A program made the translations under genes and the position numbers. 55,630 nt of DNA from Candidatus Nomurabacteria bacterium (lineage in GTDB: Bacteria > Patescibacteriota > Minisyncoccia > Phycocordibacterales > CAIJYI01), in contig CALREZ010000002.1 of the NCBI GenBank assembly GCA_943356445.1, forward strand, positions 54,473-110,102. Reading direction: 5' to 3'. Of this stretch, positions 34,004 to 44,012 are shown one piece after another. The notes under the pieces are model-generated. The model worked only from the letters and a program-made list of their open reading frames with translations, had not been told where the DNA came from and ran no database searches. Each line of letters opens with the position of its first letter. Position 1 is the first letter of the stretch.

Positions 34004-34243
34004 TTATGCAAGAAAGATTTCACCTTTCTTTAATTTTCTTACTAATTCACTCAGTCTTTCTTTTCCTTTTATAAAATACAATGAAAGCATGCCTGCACCG
34101 GCGATGGCAGTACTTTGGGTTTTAAAAGACCATCCATAAGGAATAAGAAGGAAACCGACAACAGACAAAAACACAAAAATAAACAGAAGAGCATAATAAG
34201 GGGAAAAGTACCCCAAATATAAAAGCATTGTTTTGTTTATCAT
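34004..34243 (-). CDS. Small membrane protein (79 aa)
   Basis: Two hydrophobic helices. It follows the next gene by 12 nt on the same strand. Confidence 0.5.
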   Translation of the reverse strand: MINKTMLLYLGYFSPYYALLFIFVFLSVVGFLLIPYGWSFKTQSTAIAGAGMLSLYFIKGKERLSELVRKLKKGEIFLA

Positions 34244-34255
34244 GAGGAGTTTCCT

Positions 34256-34720
34256 TTATCCTACAAGGAAGACTTTGTCCGTGGTTTTTAGAAGAATGCG
34301 CATCCCTTTATTGTGTTCGCTTTCTATTACGGCTTCGCGAGGGTCTCCGTTTTTTTTGCATATCGGGCCGTAGAGGTCATACATGAATTTTTGTCCGATG
34401 GGAATATCCTTGAAAATCGGAGCTTCTTCAAAGAGTTGCTCGGCTTCTCTTTGGAGAAGAGCAATCTTTGCGTCGGCTTCCTCTCTGATCTCGCATATTT
34501 CTTTTCTTATTTGATGCAGACGGGTAGAATTTTCTTTTTTAGGACTTTCTTCAGCCGGCCACTTGTCCCAATCGGAATAAGAACCATTGCCTTCGGGAAA
34601 ATCTTTCTCTTTTTTGGCGCAATCTTCGCAGTAGGGATGATTGCCGGAAAATTGCGTATACCGCACCCATTCGGCGGGAGCTTCGCATTCGCAACAAACG
34701 AGTTTCTCTGATTCGGTCAT
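34256..34720 (-). CDS. Hypothetical protein with an N-terminal Cys4 zinc-ribbon-like motif
   Basis: CCECEAPAEW..YCEDC, followed by a coiled-coil-like segment. AGGAG ribosome-binding site upstream. Confidence 0.55.
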   Translation of the reverse strand: MTESEKLVCCECEAPAEWVRYTQFSGNHPYCEDCAKKEKDFPEGNGSYSDWDKWPAEESPKKENSTRLHQIRKEICEIREEADAKIALLQREAEQLFEEAPIFKDIPIGQKFMYDLYGPICKKNGDPREAVIESEHNKGMRILLKTTDKVFLVG

Positions 34721-34747
34721 AACTTCTCCTTTTTCCCTGATTTCAGG

Positions 34748-35203
34748 TTATTTTTGAAAGTGGTCAATGGTTCCCATAACAATAAACAAGAGAAGAGAAA
34801 AGAGGGAACAGATCCAGAGAGGAGTATAGAGCAAAATGCCTTTTACTCGTCCCAGTCTCCACCCGCAGTACTCGTCCCATGTTTTATTGCGAGAGATCGC
34901 ATCTTCGGCTTTTTTCCAGAAAGGAAGAGCAAAAACGGAGTTCTTCTCGTATATTCTCCCGAAGAAAAATTTATCATGCTGCATAAGAATTACCGCGGAA
35001 GTACAGCCGATAGTCATGGCAACGGCAAAGAGGATGATAAAGTGCCAGAATATGCCAAAAACAAAACTGATGGCGCAGTAAAATAAAAAACTGAGAGTCA
35101 CCAGCGTCCAGAAGTGAACTTCAAAAAAGTTTTTCCGAATATGGGAAATGATTTTTTCCTTAAGTCTCTTGAACGGCCGACATGTCTTTTTGTGTTGTTT
35201 CAT
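34748..35203 (-). CDS. Hypothetical membrane protein (151 aa)
   Basis: Four predicted hydrophobic segments. AAGGAG ribosome-binding site upstream. Confidence 0.55.
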   Translation of the reverse strand: MKQHKKTCRPFKRLKEKIISHIRKNFFEVHFWTLVTLSFLFYCAISFVFGIFWHFIILFAVAMTIGCTSAVILMQHDKFFFGRIYEKNSVFALPFWKKAEDAISRNKTWDEYCGWRLGRVKGILLYTPLWICSLFSLLLFIVMGTIDHFQK

Positions 35204-35276
35204 CTATTCTCCTTGTGAATTTGAAATGAACCGTGCTGGTATGAGAATAACACATTTTCACAAATTCGCAACAGTA

Positions 35277-37433
35277 TTATTCAAAATGGCTCACGGTTTC
35301 TTTTCCTTCCAGTTTGGCGAGAATGAGCGGGTATTTTTTGAGTGATGGATTCTTTTTGAGCAGTTCTTTGGCCTCGTTCCGGGCGGCTTCCACCATTTTT
35401 ATATTTTTTATCGCTTCCATGCCGAGATCGGAAACACCCCATTGTCTCTTGCCGCCGAGTTCGCCGGCGCCACGGAGGGCGAGATCCATTTCTGCCAACT
35501 CAAAGCCATTTTTTGCGGTTTTGAGCGCGTGGAGTCGGTCTTTGGTTTTTTGGCCGAAGCTCTCGGTTAAAAGATAACAGTATGCTTGGTGGTTGCTTCG
35601 GATGACTCGTCCGCGGAGCTGGTGGAGCTGGGCGAGTCCGAAACGTTCCGCTCCTTCTATGATAATAATCGTGGCATTCGGGACATTGACGCCGACTTCC
35701 ACAACGGACGTCGCGCAGAGAATGTCCGCTTTTTTGTTCTCAAAATCACTCATTATCTTTTCTTTTTCTTTCGGTGTCATTTTTCCGTGCAGTACGGCAA
35801 TTTCATACTCTTGAAAAACGTTTTTCTTGAGGCGTTTTGCTTCTTCTTTTACCGATTTGGCGTTGAGGGCCATTTCTTTTTCCGGATCCGGTTCGTCAAT
35901 GCGCGGGCAAATAACGTAGGCTTGGCGTCCGGCTTGGAGTTCTTTGCGGATATCTTCGTACATTTGGTCGCGATTTTTTGCGTAGATGATATCGGTAATG
36001 ACCGGTTTTCTTCCCGGTGGCATGGCGTCCAAGAGGGTAAGGTCAAGGTCGCCGTAAATCGTGAGGGCGAGCGTGCGGGGTATCGGGGTTGCGGTCATGG
36101 AAAGAAAGTGGGGAACTGGCTGGCCTTTTTTGATAAGTTTCATTCGCTGGGCGGTACCGAAACGGTGCTGCTCATCAATAATCGCGAAAGCGAGATTTTT
36201 GAAATTGACGCTTTTCTGGATGATGGCATGCGTGCCGACGAGAATATCCACTTCTCCTCCCCCGACCCATTTCATGAGCTGTGTTTTGGAAATGTTCGTC
36301 CATCCCGCAGGGTCAACTTTTGACGGGAATTTTTTGCAGCCGGAGCCGGTCACGAGACCGATGGTAACGGGCAGGTGTGAAAAGTATTTGATGAAGTTCT
36401 CAAACAATTGAGTGGCGAGAATTTCCGTCGGCGCCATATAGGCAGTTTGGAGTTTGGTAAATTCCCCTTGCGTTCGTTCTTGCGTAAGAGCATAGGCAAC
36501 GGCGGCGGCAACAAAAGTTTTTCCCGAACCGACATCTCCTTCCAGAAGCCGGAGCATCGGTTTTTCGGAACGAAGGTCTTTGTAGATGTCTTCTATTGCC
36601 TTGCTTTGCGCCTCGGTCGGACGGAAAGGGAAACGGGAAATAAAGTCATTCACGTCTTCTTCTTTGGCGTGCACGAAAAATGATTTGTTTTTCTCGTACT
36701 CTTTTTTGGCTTTTTGACGGAGAAGCTGGATGAAGAAGATTTCTTCAAAAGCGAAACGTTTTCGCGCGATCAATCCGTGGGTTTCTTCTTTTGGCATGTG
36801 CGCCCAGACAAGCGCCGTTTTCAGCGCCGGCAGATGATATTTTTCCAGAATTTCCGACGGTATCGGGTCAACGATATGTTCAACCGTCCCGCTTTTTATG
36901 GCCTTGTCTATTGCGTGGTAAATCCATCGGCTCGTAATGCCTTGTGTCTCCGGATACACGGGGTAAGAAACCGCGCCGATTTGGTCGGTATTTTTAAACA
37001 GCGAATTCCCGGCGTCTATCGGAAGATCTTTGGTCTTTTCTATTTCCGGATTGCTGAGATATTTGGCGCCGTTTTTATCGGAAACCGTTCCGGAAAGTTT
37101 GACGAGGTCGCCTTCGCCGAACATTTTGGCAATGTACGGCTGACGGAACCAGATGGTTTTGACTTTTCCCGTGCGGTCTTCAATCGTCGCTTCCGCATAG
37201 GTCATTTTGGATTTGAAACCTTTGGCGGTTTTGAGATTGGAAATTTGTCCGTAGATAACGGCTTTTTCACCGATGACAAGCTCAGAGATATTTCTTATTT
37301 CCGAAATGCTGCTGTAACGGGTCGGGAAATAATAGAGAAGGTCAAGAACGGTATGCAAAGAGAGCCGGGAAAGGGCGGCTTTTTGGAGAGGGGTAAGACG
37401 GAAATTTGCGTCAATGCGGGATTCTGGAGTCAT
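35277..37433 (-). CDS. recG: ATP-dependent DNA helicase RecG
   Basis: Wedge/OB N-terminus. Helicase motifs LLEGDVGSGKT, IIDEQHRFG, SMTATPIPRTLA, LHGKM and QLHQLRGRVIRS. 718 aa. Confidence 0.93.
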   Translation of the reverse strand: MTPESRIDANFRLTPLQKAALSRLSLHTVLDLLYYFPTRYSSISEIRNISELVIGEKAVIYGQISNLKTAKGFKSKMTYAEATIEDRTGKVKTIWFRQPYIAKMFGEGDLVKLSGTVSDKNGAKYLSNPEIEKTKDLPIDAGNSLFKNTDQIGAVSYPVYPETQGITSRWIYHAIDKAIKSGTVEHIVDPIPSEILEKYHLPALKTALVWAHMPKEETHGLIARKRFAFEEIFFIQLLRQKAKKEYEKNKSFFVHAKEEDVNDFISRFPFRPTEAQSKAIEDIYKDLRSEKPMLRLLEGDVGSGKTFVAAAVAYALTQERTQGEFTKLQTAYMAPTEILATQLFENFIKYFSHLPVTIGLVTGSGCKKFPSKVDPAGWTNISKTQLMKWVGGGEVDILVGTHAIIQKSVNFKNLAFAIIDEQHRFGTAQRMKLIKKGQPVPHFLSMTATPIPRTLALTIYGDLDLTLLDAMPPGRKPVITDIIYAKNRDQMYEDIRKELQAGRQAYVICPRIDEPDPEKEMALNAKSVKEEAKRLKKNVFQEYEIAVLHGKMTPKEKEKIMSDFENKKADILCATSVVEVGVNVPNATIIIIEGAERFGLAQLHQLRGRVIRSNHQAYCYLLTESFGQKTKDRLHALKTAKNGFELAEMDLALRGAGELGGKRQWGVSDLGMEAIKNIKMVEAARNEAKELLKKNPSLKKYPLILAKLEGKETVSHFE

Positions 37434-37461
37434 GGGAATAATGATAACAGATAGAGAAGAA

Positions 37462-37875
37462 TTAGTTTACCACAATAACGCCGAATACGGCCTTGTTGAG
37501 TTCGTCGTAGTAGCCATATTCGCCCGGGGTTTGGAATACGAGTTGATATTCGCCGTTTGCAGGAATTGGAGAAGTGGCTCCGAAGAGGGTTTTGTTTTTT
37601 GGGTCGCCGATCGGCTGGAAATCTTTTTTGCTTTTGTTTTTGAAAATAACTGTGTCGCCGATGTTTAGAGAAAGTACTGAAGGACTGAAACCTTCGTCGG
37701 TGTAGGTGATTTCTTTGGTTTGCGGGGCTTTTGAGAGGCGGCTGATGGAAGTATTGTTTTCTTTTGGCGTGGAGCTAAAAAGATTTCTCTGAACAGCTTG
37801 TTTCGGCCAGAAGAAAAAGAGAAGGATTATAACTAAAACGATTAAGGAGAGAATAATATAGTATTGTTTTTTCAT
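37462..37875 (-). CDS. Secreted/anchored cupredoxin-like small protein
   Basis: N-terminal TM segment. FSPSVLSLNIGDTVIFKNKS .. GEYGYYDEL .. GVIVV resembles a cupredoxin-fold domain, but no clear copper ligands are seen. Confidence 0.45.
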   Translation of the reverse strand: MKKQYYIILSLIVLVIILLFFFWPKQAVQRNLFSSTPKENNTSISRLSKAPQTKEITYTDEGFSPSVLSLNIGDTVIFKNKSKKDFQPIGDPKNKTLFGATSPIPANGEYQLVFQTPGEYGYYDELNKAVFGVIVVN

Positions 37876-37903
37876 ATTTTTTTAAAAATAGAACTTGGCG
37901 GCA

Positions 37904-37945
37904 ACTTGGCGGTGAGACCTCCAAAGGGAGGACTCACCGCCAAGT
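37904..37945 (-). terminator. Strong hairpin terminator after prmC
   Basis: acttggcggtgagacctcc aaa gggaggactcaccgccaagt gives 13 + 5 bp around one mismatch. Confidence 0.75.
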
Positions 37946-37947
37946 TT

Positions 37948-38688
37948 CTAGAGATGGCATGCAACGACGCGCCATTTATTGAATTGGTCTTTCCAAAATT
38001 CTCCTTGGAATTTTGTTTTTGTGAGAAGCTCCTCAATTTTTTCTTTTTGCCATGCGTCAAATTCTATGAAGAGTTTTCCTTCGGGAGCAAGAAAATCGGG
38101 GGATTCGTTCAGTAATTTTTTTATGAAAAAGAGTCCGTCGTCGTCGGCAAAGAGAGCGGTAAGGGGTTCGTTTTTTATTACGGAATCGGCGACTTGGTCT
38201 TTTTTGTCGTGAGAAATGTACGGAGGGTTGGCGAAAATATAATCGTATTTTTCTTTTGGGATATTTTGGAAGACATCGGTTTCAAAAACGCGCGCTCTTT
38301 CTGCTGCGATATTGTTGATGGCGATATTCTTTTTTATCTGCAGGACAAGCTCAGGGTCTTTTTCGCCGAAATCAACGGTACTATCGGGAAGATTTTTGAG
38401 AAGGGAAATACCGATACAACCGGAACCGGCGAAGAGATCTAATATCCGAAGTTTTTTTGCGGGCATCCCTTGTATCGCTTTTTCCACCCAAAATTCGGTT
38501 TCTTGACGCGGTATCAACGGGCGGAAAGAAAGGTCTATTTTTGCGCCGAGAAAATCGGTAAATCCGATGACGTAATCAACCGGTTCGCCGGCTTCTATTC
38601 TTTTTGCGTCCTCAAAAAATTCGGGACATTCTTTCCCTCCATACTTCTCGTTGAGAAGCCAATTTTCTTCTTTTTTACTGATAGCCAT
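37948..38688 (-). CDS. prmC: Release-factor glutamine N5-methyltransferase (PrmC/HemK)
   Basis: ILDLFAGSGCIG SAM motif and FANPPYI (NPPY). 246 aa. Confidence 0.85.
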   Translation of the reverse strand: MAISKKEENWLLNEKYGGKECPEFFEDAKRIEAGEPVDYVIGFTDFLGAKIDLSFRPLIPRQETEFWVEKAIQGMPAKKLRILDLFAGSGCIGISLLKNLPDSTVDFGEKDPELVLQIKKNIAINNIAAERARVFETDVFQNIPKEKYDYIFANPPYISHDKKDQVADSVIKNEPLTALFADDDGLFFIKKLLNESPDFLAPEGKLFIEFDAWQKEKIEELLTKTKFQGEFWKDQFNKWRVVACHL

Positions 38689-38819
38689 TATCTTTTCATA
38701 ATAGCAAAAAAGGGCGATATTCGTGAGATTGACTTTTCATTATTTTATAGTACTGTAGGCACAGAAACTTCATTTTGAGGTTTTTCCTTGAAATTGCTTT
38801 TTCCTAAAAGGAGGAAAAA

Positions 38820-41486
38820 ATGAACGAATCGCGCAAACCGCACGAACTGGATAAACACTACCCCGAAGCGGATTATTTTCCTGTCGGGAGAGTGGATTTA
38901 CGATTTGAACTTGATACAACTCCTGAAAATGAAACAAAAGTGACGGCAACCTATCGGATACGGCGAAACCCGAAAGTGGCGGATAATACTCCTCTCACTT
39001 TGGATTTGGCCCCCGAAGTGAAACTGTTGGGCGTTAAAATAAACGGATGGGTTTTTCGGTATGAACGTACTGGAAGCAAACTTATTCTCCGCGGAGTACC
39101 CAATGGGTGCAAGGTGGAAACTGTCGTTTTGATAGACCCGAAAAACAATACGACCGGCGAAGGACTCTACCAAGCCGGCGATATGCTTCTGACCCAAAAT
39201 GAGCCCGAAGGGCTGCGAAAGATATTTCCTTACTTTGATATGCCGAAAGTTATGGCGCCATTTCGTACGACGATTATCGGCGACAAGGAAAAATATCCTG
39301 TAATGCTCTCCAATGGCAACTTGATCGGAGAAGAGAAAAAAGAAGGAATCCATTGGAAGACTTATGACCTGCCTTTCCCCATACCAAGTTATTTATTCGC
39401 TTTGGTTGCGGGAAAACTGGAAGATCTCAAGGATACCTACACGACTCTCTCCGATAGGGCGGTAAATCTTGAGATCTACGCCGAAGCGAAAGATATTGAA
39501 AAATGTCATCACGCTATGGTTTCGCTCAAGCACGCCATGAAATATGATGAAGACTGGTACGGGTACGAATGCGACGTGGATGATTACAAGATCGTTGCCA
39601 CTCCGTATTTCAATATGGGCGCGATGGAAAACAAAGGGTTGAATATCTTTAACGTGTCATGCGTTCTTGCCAGTCCGGAAACGGCTACCGATTATACCTA
39701 TGAAAGGGTTGAGGGTGTTATCGGACACGAATACTTCCATAATTGGACGGGCAATCGCATTACCAACGTTGATTGGCGGGAACTCGGCGTAAAAGAAAGC
39801 ATTACGGTTCGCCGCGACTGTCTTTTTTCCAAAGACTACCGAGGCTGGGGACTTCGCAAAGAAATTGACGATGTTTCCGGTATCCGCTCCGGCCAATTCT
39901 CTGAAGATGCGGGCCCGAATCGGCATGCTATACGTCCGGCGGAAATTAAAGAACCGAATAATATGTATACGGGAACCGTCTACCGAAAGGGCGCGGAAGT
40001 GTATAAAATGCTGGAAGGAATTATTGGACGAGACGGTTTCCTGAAGGGCATGAAATTTTACGCAAAACGTCACGATGGTCAAGCGACTCGAATTGAAGAC
40101 GTAATGCGTTGTATGGAAGAAGCGAACGGTGTTGATCTGTATCAATTCCGCAACTGGTTTACTCAATCGGGTACGCCGGAAGTCGCTATTGTTTCAGAGT
40201 ACGCTTCAAAAGCAAAAACGCTTACGCTTCATATTAAACAATCTTGTTCAGTGGCTCCAGACCGAACGGTCATGGAACCGTTTGATATTCCTTTTTCTGT
40301 CGGTTTCATTGGAAGCGTCGGCGAATGGATCGTTCATGATCGCGATGGTTTGTATGACCACAAAACGGGAATCCTTCGCATTACCAAACCGGAACAAACC
40401 TTTGTTTTTGAAAATATACCGTATAAACCGGCGCTTTCTCTGAACAGAAATTTTGCTCCCATTAAGGTGAAATATGATTACCGAAAAGGGGAACTGGCGC
40501 ACTTAATGGCGAGAGATACGAGCCTCTTTGCTCGCTGGGATGCGAGTCAAACCTATGGCACGCAAGTGCTGCTCAAGCTCGTGGAAGACGCAAAAGAGGG
40601 CAGAATGCTTGTTCTGGAAGATGCCTTCGTAAAAGCATTCGGCTCAATGCTTCGCGAAGAGAGTATTGATAAAAATCTGTTGGCTAAAATGATGAGTTTA
40701 CCGGCTTCCGCAACTCTCGCGAACATGAGCGAAGCGATTGACCCACATGCGATTCATAAAGCGCGTCTGTTTGTTTACCGCGTGCTGGCGAGAACCTATC
40801 GCAAGGAGTTTGAGCGCTTGTATAGAGAAAATCGGAGCGATTTTGATGCCGAACTTTCTTTTGATCCGGAATCGGTAGCGAGACGTTCGGTTGCCAATAC
40901 CGCGCTCTCCTACTTGGTGGAAAAAGATACGGACGGATCCAGAGCTCTTTGGCAATATGCGAATGCGAAAAGCATGTCAGATAAAGATACGGCGTTTTCT
41001 TGTTTGGTTAATAGAATGACGAAACGCGGATTTTCCGGGGCTGCCTCGCTTGCTCTTCTTTCATTCTACGAACAATTCAAAAGCGATAATAACGTCATGG
41101 ATATGTGGTTCTCTGCGCTGGCGTATTCCGGTGAAAAAGGAGCGATAGAGCGAGTCAAAGTTCTCATGAGCCACCCGGCTTTTGATATCAACAACCCAAA
41201 CCGCGTTCGTTCTCTCATTGGCGCATTTGCCGGCGGAAATTCAAGACATTTCCATACCAAGGAGGGGTATGCTTTGCTCGTTGATTTTATTGCGGACTAC
41301 GCGCCAAAGAATGATATCGTCGCTTCAGGATTAGTCTTGCGGCTTACTGGCTGGAAACGGTACATCCCAAGACTCCAAGAAATGATGAAATCGGAACTTT
41401 TGCGTTTAAAAGAAGTTCTCTCAAAAGAGCCTCCGGAAAAAGTGAAGTGCACGATGGAAAAAATTGAAAAAAGTTTAACTCAGTAA
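38820..41486 (+). CDS. pepN: Aminopeptidase N (M1 family)
   Basis: GAMENKGLNIF exopeptidase motif, HEYFHNWTGNR zinc motif, and a C-terminal ERAP1-like/DUF3458-like region. 888 aa. Confidence 0.93.
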   Translation: MNESRKPHELDKHYPEADYFPVGRVDLRFELDTTPENETKVTATYRIRRNPKVADNTPLTLDLAPEVKLLGVKINGWVFRYERTGSKLILRGVPNGCKVETVVLIDPKNNTTGEGLYQAGDMLLTQNEPEGLRKIFPYFDMPKVMAPFRTTIIGDKEKYPVMLSNGNLIGEEKKEGIHWKTYDLPFPIPSYLFALVAGKLEDLKDTYTTLSDRAVNLEIYAEAKDIEKCHHAMVSLKHAMKYDEDWYGYECDVDDYKIVATPYFNMGAMENKGLNIFNVSCVLASPETATDYTYERVEGVIGHEYFHNWTGNRITNVDWRELGVKESITVRRDCLFSKDYRGWGLRKEIDDVSGIRSGQFSEDAGPNRHAIRPAEIKEPNNMYTGTVYRKGAEVYKMLEGIIGRDGFLKGMKFYAKRHDGQATRIEDVMRCMEEANGVDLYQFRNWFTQSGTPEVAIVSEYASKAKTLTLHIKQSCSVAPDRTVMEPFDIPFSVGFIGSVGEWIVHDRDGLYDHKTGILRITKPEQTFVFENIPYKPALSLNRNFAPIKVKYDYRKGELAHLMARDTSLFARWDASQTYGTQVLLKLVEDAKEGRMLVLEDAFVKAFGSMLREESIDKNLLAKMMSLPASATLANMSEAIDPHAIHKARLFVYRVLARTYRKEFERLYRENRSDFDAELSFDPESVARRSVANTALSYLVEKDTDGSRALWQYANAKSMSDKDTAFSCLVNRMTKRGFSGAASLALLSFYEQFKSDNNVMDMWFSALAYSGEKGAIERVKVLMSHPAFDINNPNRVRSLIGAFAGGNSRHFHTKEGYALLVDFIADYAPKNDIVASGLVLRLTGWKRYIPRLQEMMKSELLRLKEVLSKEPPEKVKCTMEKIEKSLTQ

Positions 41487-41493
41487 TTGAACA

Positions 41494-41526
41494 AGCGCCC
41501 CGATATAAATCGGGGCGCTTTTTTTA
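41494..41526. terminator. Bidirectional terminator
   Basis: agcgccccgat ataa atcggggcgct followed by ttttttt. Confidence 0.85.
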
Positions 41527-41889
41527 CGCAGCCATTTTTTGTTCTCTTTTCTCTATTCCTTCTTGTATTTCGGTAAAAGAAAGTCCTTTTTCTTCTCTGA
41601 GTTTTTTGTATTCGTTTACACTTATGCCGAGTTTTTCGGCGTCTCTGGCGAGGGGTTTTCGGTAATCATATTCTCCTCCGGCCATGGCGAGGTTTGAATC
41701 TCCACCCTCATATTTTTGAAAACAGGTTTCATCGCAAAAACCGTTCCAGTTTTCAACTCCCAAAAGACCGATGTCTTTTCCGCAGGAAGGGCATCGGTTT
41801 TCTTCAAAAGCGGAGATAAGACCTTCTTGTATTTTCTTGTCATTTTCCGATATTTTCGGACGAAAGCTTGATTTTTCCATGTTACTCAT
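41524..41889 (-). CDS. Hypothetical protein with a Cys-rich zinc-ribbon-like segment
   Basis: CPSCGKD..FCDETC. 121 aa. Confidence 0.5.
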   Translation of the reverse strand: MSNMEKSSFRPKISENDKKIQEGLISAFEENRCPSCGKDIGLLGVENWNGFCDETCFQKYEGGDSNLAMAGGEYDYRKPLARDAEKLGISVNEYKKLREEKGLSFTEIQEGIEKREQKMAA

Positions 41890-41959
41890 AGAGATAAAGG
41901 AGTATACTTATAAGATATTTCGTAGTATAACGTATTTTACGCAAGTTATCAAAATTCAT

Positions 41960-43375
41960 ATGGAACCGACGACAAAAACAAAAGAATGGTGCGGGACAGA
42001 GGGCTCTATTGCTCGATCTTTGACGATGCTCGCCATTCCGATTATCTTCATTAACCTGCTTCAGGTGGCGTATCAGCTTACGGATGCTTTTTGGGTTGGA
42101 CGTTTGGGCGCGAATGCAGTCGCTTCCGTTTCCATCAGTTTTCCGATTACATTTCTTCTTATCTCTATCGTTACCGGTTTTCTTATCGCCGGCTCGGCGC
42201 TTGTTGCGCAGTATGCCGGAGCCCGCAACTACAAAAAAGTGAATCATGTGGTAGCGCAGACGCTTGTTTTGATTACGTTTGCTTCTATAATTTTTTCTTT
42301 TGTCGGCTGGTTTTTTTCTCCCGTTCTCTTGAAACTTATGGGAGTCTCTCCTGTCGTATTCTCTAACGCGCTTCTTTTTTTGCGCGTGCTTTTTCTTGGA
42401 CTGCCATTTATGTTTTGGTTTACCGCCTTTCAATCGGTGATGAGGGGTATCGGGCAAGTAAAAATTCCCATGATCATTATTATCGGAACGACGGCACTGA
42501 ATTTCTTACTGGATCCTCTTTTTATTTTCGGTTGGAAAAATATCCCCGCATCGGGGGTCTCCGGCGCGGCTATGGCAACCTTCGGAACGCAAACGCTCGC
42601 CGCCCTTATCGGAATGTTTCTTCTGTTCCGAGGAGACTATGTTATTCGTCTTCATTTTTCTGATTTTATTCCCGACCCGGTTTTCTTAAAGAAATTATTT
42701 TTCCTCGGAGTTCCCGCGTCTTTGGAACAATCCATTCGCTCTTTCGGTATTCTGATGATGACCTTCCTTATCACGAGCTTCGGTACTGTGGTGACGGCCG
42801 TGTATGGGGTTGGTTCCAATATCTTGCAGGTGGTGGTGATTCCGGCGCTCGGACTTTCTATGGCAACGTCGGTTTTGGTCGGGCATAATATCGGAGCAGG
42901 GAAGCTAAAACGCGCGCACGACACGGCTGTTTTAGGGGCGTTCATCTCTTTTGTTTTTCTTACGGTCGTCGGGATTTTTTGTTTCGTTTTTGCGCCGCAT
43001 CTCGTCAGCTTTTTTGTTCCGAATGATTCCGAAGTGATTCGGCAAGGGGCGGTATTCTTGCGCGTTATCGCTCTCACTTTCGGTTTTCTTGGTTTGCAGA
43101 TGTCACTTTCGGGAGTTTTTCGCGCTTCGGGAAATATGATGGTTCCGCTTTTGTTTTCCGTGGTTTCTCTCTGGGTTCTTCAATTTCCGGTTGCTTATCT
43201 TCTTTCCAAACACACCGCGCTCCATGAAATCGGGATATGGTGGGCGTTTCCCGTTTCGTATATTTTTACCGCGCTCTTGGCCGTCGTGTGGTTCCTGAAA
43301 GGAGATTGGAAACATAAGCGTCTCATCAGCGAGGAAGAGGCCACGGAAGTGTTGGTGGAAAATACTATACGGTAG
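41960..43375 (+). CDS. MATE-family efflux transporter
   Basis: About 12 TM segments. N-terminal SLTMLAIPIIFINLLQVAYQLTDAFWVGRLG is typical of MATE/NorM proteins. The start is taken at MEPTTKTK (ATG at 41960), avoiding the overlap with the convergent upstream gene. Confidence 0.88.
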   Translation: MEPTTKTKEWCGTEGSIARSLTMLAIPIIFINLLQVAYQLTDAFWVGRLGANAVASVSISFPITFLLISIVTGFLIAGSALVAQYAGARNYKKVNHVVAQTLVLITFASIIFSFVGWFFSPVLLKLMGVSPVVFSNALLFLRVLFLGLPFMFWFTAFQSVMRGIGQVKIPMIIIIGTTALNFLLDPLFIFGWKNIPASGVSGAAMATFGTQTLAALIGMFLLFRGDYVIRLHFSDFIPDPVFLKKLFFLGVPASLEQSIRSFGILMMTFLITSFGTVVTAVYGVGSNILQVVVIPALGLSMATSVLVGHNIGAGKLKRAHDTAVLGAFISFVFLTVVGIFCFVFAPHLVSFFVPNDSEVIRQGAVFLRVIALTFGFLGLQMSLSGVFRASGNMMVPLLFSVVSLWVLQFPVAYLLSKHTALHEIGIWWAFPVSYIFTALLAVVWFLKGDWKHKRLISEEEATEVLVENTIR

Positions 43376-43400
43376 ACGAGCTTTTACTGTTAGCTTTTTA

Positions 43401-43435
43401 AAAAAACACCACGAATGAATCGTGGCGTTTTGTTT
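43401..43435. terminator. Terminator hairpin
   Basis: ccacga atgaa tcgtgg, extended by flanking A/T pairs. Confidence 0.55.
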
Positions 43436-43880
43436 ACTCGGCGATATATTCTTTTATTTGCGGACAGGCTTTTAATACTTCTTCTCCGGAAAAATAGGTC
43501 GGGTGAGGAAAATCAAAAGCGCGTTTGCTGTCAAAAAGTTTTACGGCACATTCAGGGAGCAGTGTTTTGAAAAGTTTGGTCCCCACTTCGCTTCTTTTAC
43601 TGGTACTGTCTAAATACTCTGCGTCGGGAAGAACATATCTTGTTTCGTGGACGCCGAACTTTGCATCTTTTGAAATGCGAAGCCCCGGGCCGGAAGAGAG
43701 GAGGATGAGGCAAGCGCTGTCGCACTCGTAATCTATGAGGACGCTTGCTCCCGTTTTTTGGGTTGAGGCGACGCGGTCCATATATCCGCGCCATCGTCCG
43801 CCGGGGTCTATTTGTTGCGGCGGTTTGCAGCTGACGAAGAGAAAAAGAACGGCTAAAATGACATATTTGAGAGTTTTCAC
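43434..43880 (-). CDS. Putative lipoprotein (148 aa)
   Basis: Signal peptide with lipobox LFVSC. AGGAGG ribosome-binding site upstream. Confidence 0.55.
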   Translation of the reverse strand: MKTLKYVILAVLFLFVSCKPPQQIDPGGRWRGYMDRVASTQKTGASVLIDYECDSACLILLSSGPGLRISKDAKFGVHETRYVLPDAEYLDSTSKRSEVGTKLFKTLLPECAVKLFDSKRAFDFPHPTYFSGEEVLKACPQIKEYIAE

Positions 43881-44012
43881 TGAACCTCCTTTGCTATGTT
43901 TTCTGTCGGTATCATAGCATAAAAAGAACGGCTTTTTTGATTGACATTTATGTCTAAATTAGGCAGAATAAGCACGGATGTTTGTTTTTACAACTGAAAA
44001 CGGAGAGTATCT

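Noticed and set aside
30306-35203. Calling the post-secY region a bona fide integrative mobile element
   Set aside because: No integrase, transposase or clear flanking direct repeats are visible. Only a tRNA, a tRNA fragment and an endonuclease-like gene are present. It is therefore reported as an accessory island hypothesis, not annotated as a mobile element.
35586-37454. Two long plus-strand ORFs (245 and 246 aa) across the recG region
   Set aside because: recG on the minus strand carries all helicase motifs. The plus-strand ORFs are Phe/Arg/Gly-rich shadow frames.
41771-41959. Upstream extension of the MATE transporter ORF overlapping the convergent-looking 41524-41889 gene
   Set aside because: The extension has no MATE similarity and overlaps the minus-strand ORF. 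The ATG at 41960 gives a typical MATE N-terminus.
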